Assembly (NCBI GenBank): GCA_043802485.1
Contig: JAZDKZ010000006.1
Span: forward strand, 32,001-96,000
Source: Candidatus Aenigmatarchaeota archaeon
GTDB lineage: Archaea > Aenigmatarchaeota > Aenigmatarchaeia > Aenigmatarchaeales > Aenigmatarchaeaceae
Length of the DNA stretch: 64,000 bases
Direction: 5' to 3'
Shown here: piece by piece, positions 58,713-64,000 of the stretch
How positions within the stretch are numbered: position 1 is the first letter of the stretch
Layout: each line of letters opens with the position of its first letter
The notes under the pieces: model-generated
The model's database searches: none
The model's input: the letters and a program-made list of their open reading frames with translations, nothing else
Told to the model about the DNA's origin: nothing
Translations under genes and position numbers: made by a program

Positions 58713-59713
58713 AAACAATAGGGATTGTTGTTATTGTTGTGATTGGGATTTTAATTGGCAGTTATTACTTCTTTGTGTATGGGGCAGACGTAACTGAAAA
58801 GCCAGCAGAACTTGAGAAAGTTACTGTAACTGCATATGAGGGGGATGTCGCTGTTCTAGTCTATATAGCAAAAGAAAAGGGTTATTTCGAGGAAAACGGT
58901 CTTGACGTGACAATAAAAAGTTATGCTTCTGGCAGGCTTGCTGCCGATGCGTTATTAGCTGATGAAGCTGATGTCTCTACTTCAGGAGATTTTGCATTTG
59001 TGAGCGATAGTTTCGCTAATGATGACTTGAGGGTTTTCGGCACAACATCTTACTTTGATTTATGTGAAGTGGTTGCTCGGAAAGACAGAGGCATTTCAAA
59101 CCCGAGCGATTTGAAGGGAAAGAAAATCGGGGTTCTTAAAGACGGTGCTCCAGAATTCCATCTCGGGACATTCTTAATATTCAATGGTCTCTCTTTAGAG
59201 GATGTGGAAATCGTTTATTTGAGTGCCGCTGAAACAGTTGAAGCTATCATAGACGGAGAAATCGATGCCACAATGATATGGAACCCATACGCTTATACCA
59301 TAAAGAACAGCTTGGGTGACAACGCAATAAGCTGGCCCGGTCAAAACGGGCAAAGAATGTACTTTCTGCTGCTTTGCAAGGAGAAATGGATAAAAAATAA
59401 TCCTGACACGGTTAAAAGGTTTACGAAAGCCCTTGTTGAGACAGAAGAATATGCAAAGGCCAATGAAAAAGAAGTTAAAGAGTTTACTATACATAGATTT
59501 GGTTACGATGCTGATTATTTTGAATCCATATGGAAAGAGATTGACATTTCGGTTGAAATATCCCAGACAATGCTGGTTACATTGGAAGGCCAAGCACGAT
59601 GGAGAATTGTTAATAATCTAACAGATAAAACCGAAATCCCTAATTATTTGGATTACTTTTACACAGATGCTTTGGAAGAGGTTAAACCAGAGTCCGTAAC
59701 AATAATACGCTAG
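58709..59713 (+). CDS. NMT1/SsuA-like substrate-binding protein
   Basis: IAKEKGYFEENGLDV, DLKGKKIG, WNPY. Confidence 0.88.
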   Translation: MKTIGIVVIVVIGILIGSYYFFVYGADVTEKPAELEKVTVTAYEGDVAVLVYIAKEKGYFEENGLDVTIKSYASGRLAADALLADEADVSTSGDFAFVSDSFANDDLRVFGTTSYFDLCEVVARKDRGISNPSDLKGKKIGVLKDGAPEFHLGTFLIFNGLSLEDVEIVYLSAAETVEAIIDGEIDATMIWNPYAYTIKNSLGDNAISWPGQNGQRMYFLLLCKEKWIKNNPDTVKRFTKALVETEEYAKANEKEVKEFTIHRFGYDADYFESIWKEIDISVEISQTMLVTLEGQARWRIVNNLTDKTEIPNYLDYFYTDALEEVKPESVTIIR

Positions 59714-59733
59714 CTGGGCACGGTAGATAAAAA

Positions 59734-61359
59734 GTGAAAATAAAAAACAAACTCCTCATAGGGATTATACTCTCAATTACATTTGTTGTTATAGTGTCAT
59801 CTGTAATGTTCCTGTCTAATAAAGAAATAAATAAAAAAAATAAAGAACACCAAGCGACAGATGATATACGTCTGGCTGTATCAGAGCTCGATATAATCAT
59901 GTACGAGTATCTATTGTATCACGAAGAGAGGATGATACAGCAATGGAATTCTAAATATGATTCAACAGCGAAGACTCTGGCAGAATTAGAAGAGTTAACT
60001 GTAGAAGAATCAGAAGAAGAATTAATAACATCAATACGCGATGATTATACCGTTTTTGGTGCTTTATTTTCGCAAGTAACTGCAGCTCATGACAAAAGAC
60101 AGACACTCATTCAAGAAGGAGCTTCTCAAGAAGAGATCGATGAGACTGCTCGTTTAGAAGAAATAATGGTTGCCCAGATGTTAACGAGAGCACAAAGAAT
60201 AATCACTAGTACCACCTTTCTTTCTGACATTTCGCACAAGAGTACGATTAGAATTCAGTCACAAAACAACGACTTGATTTCATTTTTTAGGACTATTCTT
60301 GTTATCTCTATAACGTTTACATTGGTCCTTGTTGGCAGAAGCATCTCAAAACCCCTTGATAAACTAGTAAAGGGGGCAGAAAAAATCGGCAAAGGAAATT
60401 TCGAATATAGAATTGATGTCAAATCAAAGGATGAGATGGGAGAACTCGGTTCAGCTTTCAACAGGATGGCTGCTGATTTGAAAAAATCAAGAGATAAGAC
60501 TGAGAGATACGGTGGAAGTCTTGAAAAAAAGGTTGCTGAATTGACAAAAACTAAGACTGCTATGCTAAATATGACGGAGGATTTGGACAGCACTAACAAA
60601 AAGCTTTTAGAAACCCAGAAAGCTTTGAAAAAGAACTTTAGGTCTCTGGAAAGCTTGGACAAGGAAAAGGACGCTTTCATATCAATATCGGCGCATGAAT
60701 TAAAGACCCCGATAACTGCGATACATGGTTTTGCTCAGCTTTTGGAGAATGAAGACGTGATTAAGAATCCTGAGATGAGAAAAAAATATTTGAAAATAAT
60801 AGACCAAGAAACAAAGCGTCTGGGAAATCTGGTAACGGAAATACTTGATCTTTCTAGGATAGACCTAAATACGGTCAGGTTCACCAAAGAAAACATAAAT
60901 CTCTATGAAGTTCTGGAAAGTATAAAAGAGGAGGAAGAAACAAAAATAAAGAGTAAGGACCTTAAAATAATTCTTGATTTGCAAAAAGACCTGCCTATTA
61001 TCTATACTGACAAAGAAAAAGTCACACAGGTATTAATAAACCTAATAGACAACGCTATGAAATACACTCCAAAGGGGGCTATAACAGTCAAAGTGATTAG
61101 GAAAGGGGATGGCATTCAGGTTTCAGTGTCTGATACAGGCTTGGGCATACCAAAGGAAAGTTTCAAAAAAATATTTACCAGATTCTATCAAGTCGACTCT
61201 TCCTACACAAGGAAAGTTGGCGGTTCGGGGTTGGGCCTTTCCATCTGCAAGGAGTTTATCAATGCGCTTGGTGGTAGGATATGGTTTGAAAGCAAGGTTG
61301 GAAAGGGCAGCACGTTCTATTTTACTTTACCGATAAGAACAAGACGTAAAAAATTATGA
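59734..61359 (+). CDS. Membrane sensor histidine kinase (HAMP-HisKA-HATPase)
   Basis: DEMGELG..FN HAMP, HELKTP, NLIDNAMKYT, DTGLG, GSGLGL. Confidence 0.95.
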   Translation: MKIKNKLLIGIILSITFVVIVSSVMFLSNKEINKKNKEHQATDDIRLAVSELDIIMYEYLLYHEERMIQQWNSKYDSTAKTLAELEELTVEESEEELITSIRDDYTVFGALFSQVTAAHDKRQTLIQEGASQEEIDETARLEEIMVAQMLTRAQRIITSTTFLSDISHKSTIRIQSQNNDLISFFRTILVISITFTLVLVGRSISKPLDKLVKGAEKIGKGNFEYRIDVKSKDEMGELGSAFNRMAADLKKSRDKTERYGGSLEKKVAELTKTKTAMLNMTEDLDSTNKKLLETQKALKKNFRSLESLDKEKDAFISISAHELKTPITAIHGFAQLLENEDVIKNPEMRKKYLKIIDQETKRLGNLVTEILDLSRIDLNTVRFTKENINLYEVLESIKEEEETKIKSKDLKIILDLQKDLPIIYTDKEKVTQVLINLIDNAMKYTPKGAITVKVIRKGDGIQVSVSDTGLGIPKESFKKIFTRFYQVDSSYTRKVGGSGLGLSICKEFINALGGRIWFESKVGKGSTFYFTLPIRTRRKKL

Positions 61360-61575
61360 AGCGAGTTTAATCTTATATTTTTTGTAAATCGGCGTAAATT
61401 TAGCTTTAGCCGTCTCCTCTCCCGTCAGTCTTGATAAGAAGAATGTGCACTCATCTAGGAAATCTTTTGGATATTTCTCTGGGTCTTCAAAGGAGTCTAG
61501 CTGCTTGGCTACCATTTCTCCCAACAGCTCTCCTATAACTTTTTTCGCATCATTTTTCAAAGTCAAGACATGCAC
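61354..61575 (-). CDS. Small helical hypothetical protein
   Basis: 73-aa ORF at end of the minus-strand operon. Confidence 0.6.
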   Translation of the reverse strand: MHVLTLKNDAKKVIGELLGEMVAKQLDSFEDPEKYPKDFLDECTFFLSRLTGEETAKAKFTPIYKKYKIKLAS

Positions 61576-61579
61576 CTTA

Positions 61580-61918
61580 TCATCCCTTTATGTACTCCAA
61601 GTACCTTTTCTGGAGCATGAAGCAGCCAATGAAAAATATTATGGACCCTATTGAACATAGGACTAGTATATGTATAGAACCGTAAAGTGTTTTCGGAAAG
61701 CCGCCGTGTATACCAGAAAGACAAACAATTTCCCCCGTTTGATGAAGTATTGCGAACAAGAACATTCCAGAACCTATCATAAACGCGTATTTTTTGAACT
61801 TTTCTCCGCCAAAAAATTTTAGAAATCCTATTAACATAACAGTTCCGATTATCAAGAAAAAAGCGCTATATACTTCAGCACCAAGTATTTCCCAGTGCGC
61901 AAGAGTCTCAATCACCAT
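61580..61918 (-). CDS. Small 3-TM membrane protein
   Basis: Hydrophobic; FAILHQ..E motif shared with neighbour. Confidence 0.65.
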   Translation of the reverse strand: MVIETLAHWEILGAEVYSAFFLIIGTVMLIGFLKFFGGEKFKKYAFMIGSGMFLFAILHQTGEIVCLSGIHGGFPKTLYGSIHILVLCSIGSIIFFIGCFMLQKRYLEYIKG

Positions 61919-62240
61919 CCTTTTTTCTCCTTAAGGACAAAAGACTCGTAATCTCTTTTTTTAGAAGAACGGCTGCGGCAAAATACGACGTAGTCAGCAA
62001 GACTGAGATAATCAAGAACTGCATTTCGAAATTTTGTAAATCATACAATCCGTGTATTACTTCAAGGCCTTCGTGAAAAATAGCAAAAGAGATTATAACA
62101 ACGCACATGAAAATCGAATAGATTTTGGATTTTTTCGAGCCGAATTTTAAGAAGAATCTTATAAGGAAAACCGCACCAAGAGTAAGGAAGAGCATGCTTA
62201 TCGCATCTGCCAAAACCATCTCCAAAGGAACATATGTCAT
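61908..62240 (-). CDS. Small 3-TM membrane protein
   Basis: Hydrophobic; FAIFHE..E motif. Confidence 0.65.
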   Translation of the reverse strand: MTYVPLEMVLADAISMLFLTLGAVFLIRFFLKFGSKKSKIYSIFMCVVIISFAIFHEGLEVIHGLYDLQNFEMQFLIISVLLTTSYFAAAVLLKKEITSLLSLRRKKDGD

Positions 62241-62701
62241 TCGTACATCTCCGTCAACGCGCCGACAATGGCATAACTCAGCACCGAGTACAGTATGAGC
62301 GACTCTCCAATGCCCACAAAAGGCATTACAGAGCCTGTCATGCTTGGATTAAGGCCTGCCAAAGAAAATCCTGCCGTAGTGAGCAAATGGCCCAATAGTC
62401 CCATTCCGACTGTTATCTCGCCAAGACCCCATCTTATGTTAAGCTTCTCTACTCTGTTTTTTATCCTCAAATCATAGAGCAAAAAAAGCAGTAGAAAGGA
62501 TATGCAGAGACTATGAACATGCGCTACCTTTAAAAATGAAGGTATCTCTTCACCGCTTGACAGCATCTCAGCCATTTTGAGCCCTATCCAGAGCGCATAA
62601 ACTACCATAAAATATATTGTGTACAGATACACCTTTCTGATGGAACTTTTCCAGCCATTTATGGAGCCAGTGTCTTCTGGTTTATCTGGCATTTTTTTCA
62701 T
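62237..62701 (-). CDS. 4-TM membrane protein with AHVH motif
   Basis: Hydrophobic helices, KVAHVHSL. Confidence 0.65.
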   Translation of the reverse strand: MKKMPDKPEDTGSINGWKSSIRKVYLYTIYFMVVYALWIGLKMAEMLSSGEEIPSFLKVAHVHSLCISFLLLFLLYDLRIKNRVEKLNIRWGLGEITVGMGLLGHLLTTAGFSLAGLNPSMTGSVMPFVGIGESLILYSVLSYAIVGALTEMYE

Positions 62702-62801
62702 AAAAAGTATTTGTCAAGGCCGTACTTAAAAGATAGTTTTTATATGCTCGCAAGTAACAAATTATTTTATATATTCGCTTGAATAACAATTAAGTGTTTT
62801 A

Positions 62802-63170
62802 ATGGCCAAGAAAATAATGGTTGTGGACGACGAGATAAACATAGCAGAACTTGTCAAAGCTATACTTGAGCATGAAGGGTTCGAGGTTATAGGACTGAAT
62901 AACGGACAAGCGTGCTTGGAGAAATTGAAAACAGTCAAACCGGACCTGATACTCATGGACATGATGATGCCTAGGATGAGCGGACGAGAAACAACAGAAA
63001 AAATAAGGGCCAACCCAAAAACCAAGAACATCAAAGTTGCATTTCTAACCGTGGCAAGGTTCTCTGAAGTGGGCAAGGGTAAGCTAAGGGATTTGAACGT
63101 CTCGGATTACATCACAAAGCCTTTTGATAATAACGACTTGATAGAGCGCGTGAAGAAGGTTGTCGGCTAA
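62802..63170 (+). CDS. Single-domain response regulator (receiver)
   Basis: VVDDE, LMDMMMP, LT, KPF. Confidence 0.95.
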   Translation: MAKKIMVVDDEINIAELVKAILEHEGFEVIGLNNGQACLEKLKTVKPDLILMDMMMPRMSGRETTEKIRANPKTKNIKVAFLTVARFSEVGKGKLRDLNVSDYITKPFDNNDLIERVKKVVG

Positions 63171-63706
63171 TCAAGATCCATTGTTTTGTCTGCAAACATT
63201 TTCAAGTCATTGATTAATTCTCTATTTTCTTTTTCTGGAACACTGTCACTTTTCAGAGCAATGAAAATTTTTTTGACATCTTCATTCTTGTTAGTTAAGC
63301 CATGAGTAAATTGAAGTACAGAGAAGCTTTCTTGATATATCAATAAAGCAGATATTGTGTCAAAAAGCAAGACGTTGCATTTTTGCTTTTTGATTACATT
63401 CTCTATTGCCCGCTTGATCATTTTTATGTTGTTTGGTGAGCTGACAAACGTACAATTCCTATGCGATTTTAATTTTTCATAATGGCTGCTTAGAACATCA
63501 ACAAAGAAGAAGAATTTTGTATTTATTTTGTTTTTCCTCAATTCGTTCAAGACATCTTTATATGGCCTGCTTAGGCACACATAGCATATCTTGCTCTTTG
63601 ATTTCTCTACAGATAGGACTATCTTGTTTAGCTGATTCATGTATTGTGCTTCGCTTAGCAAAATAAGTAAGAACTTGTTCTGGGTTGTTTCTTTTATAAT
63701 ATTCAC
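63167..63706 (-). CDS. Degenerate RecA/KaiC-like domain protein
   Basis: YVCLSRPY, FVD, LLFDTISALL; no Walker A. Confidence 0.7.
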   Translation of the reverse strand: MNIIKETTQNKFLLILLSEAQYMNQLNKIVLSVEKSKSKICYVCLSRPYKDVLNELRKNKINTKFFFFVDVLSSHYEKLKSHRNCTFVSSPNNIKMIKRAIENVIKKQKCNVLLFDTISALLIYQESFSVLQFTHGLTNKNEDVKKIFIALKSDSVPEKENRELINDLKMFADKTMDLD

Positions 63707-63746
63707 TTAAGACAACTCCTTTTAAATATTACAATTAAGCTAGTAT

Positions 63747-63787
63747 AAACATATATGTTTAAACATATAGAATTATGTTTAAACATA
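63747..63787. promoter_or_regulatory. Tandem palindromes TATGTTTAAACATA (putative operator)
   Basis: 18-bp perfect palindrome 63752-63769 and 14-bp copy 63774-63787, 20-bp period. Confidence 0.5.
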
Positions 63788-64000
63788 TAAGTAATATATA
63801 TAAATATAGAAAATAATAGTTTAATATGTCAATTCTCCATTACGGTAACACTACAAAAAACGGAGAGACACTGAACAGATCAAAGAATCATCTTTCTGAA
63901 AAAAACAACGAACTAAACGGGGCTATCGAATTTGTCGGGTATTGATGATGAAAGATATAACCAGAAACTTGGTAGGCTTTATAAGACTTAAAGTCTGCAT

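Overview
Archaeal chromosomal segment, most consistent with a DPANN (Aenigmarchaeota-like) genome; this assignment is inferred from gene content and style. It is dominated by information-processing genes: RNA polymerase rpoF, rpoH, a fused rpoB-rpoA', rpoA''; aIF5B, aIF2-gamma, aIF6; eight ribosomal proteins; SRP54/FtsY; class I LysRS; Trm1, Pus10, TrmY and TsaC. It also carries isoprenoid genes (GGPP synthase, IPK, HMG-CoA synthase, UppS), a stand-alone 5S rRNA, nine tRNAs and an AT-rich two-component island at the right end. The most unusual signals concern RNA splicing. (1) uppS is interrupted in its catalytic DGNRRW motif by a 21-nt, stop-containing bulge-helix-bulge (BHB) intron, and a free-standing LAGLIDADG endonuclease gene overlaps the uppS start codon, suggesting a mini mRNA intron plus adjacent homing nuclease. 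(2) The tRNA-Met, tRNA-Trp and (degenerately) tRNA-Lys(UUU) introns share one layout: an anticodon-complementary fold-back followed by D'/C'-like boxes, predicting self-guided 2'-O-methylation of C34 in Met and Trp. (3) tRNA-Tyr has two interlocked introns. All calls come from manual motif reading; no searches were run.
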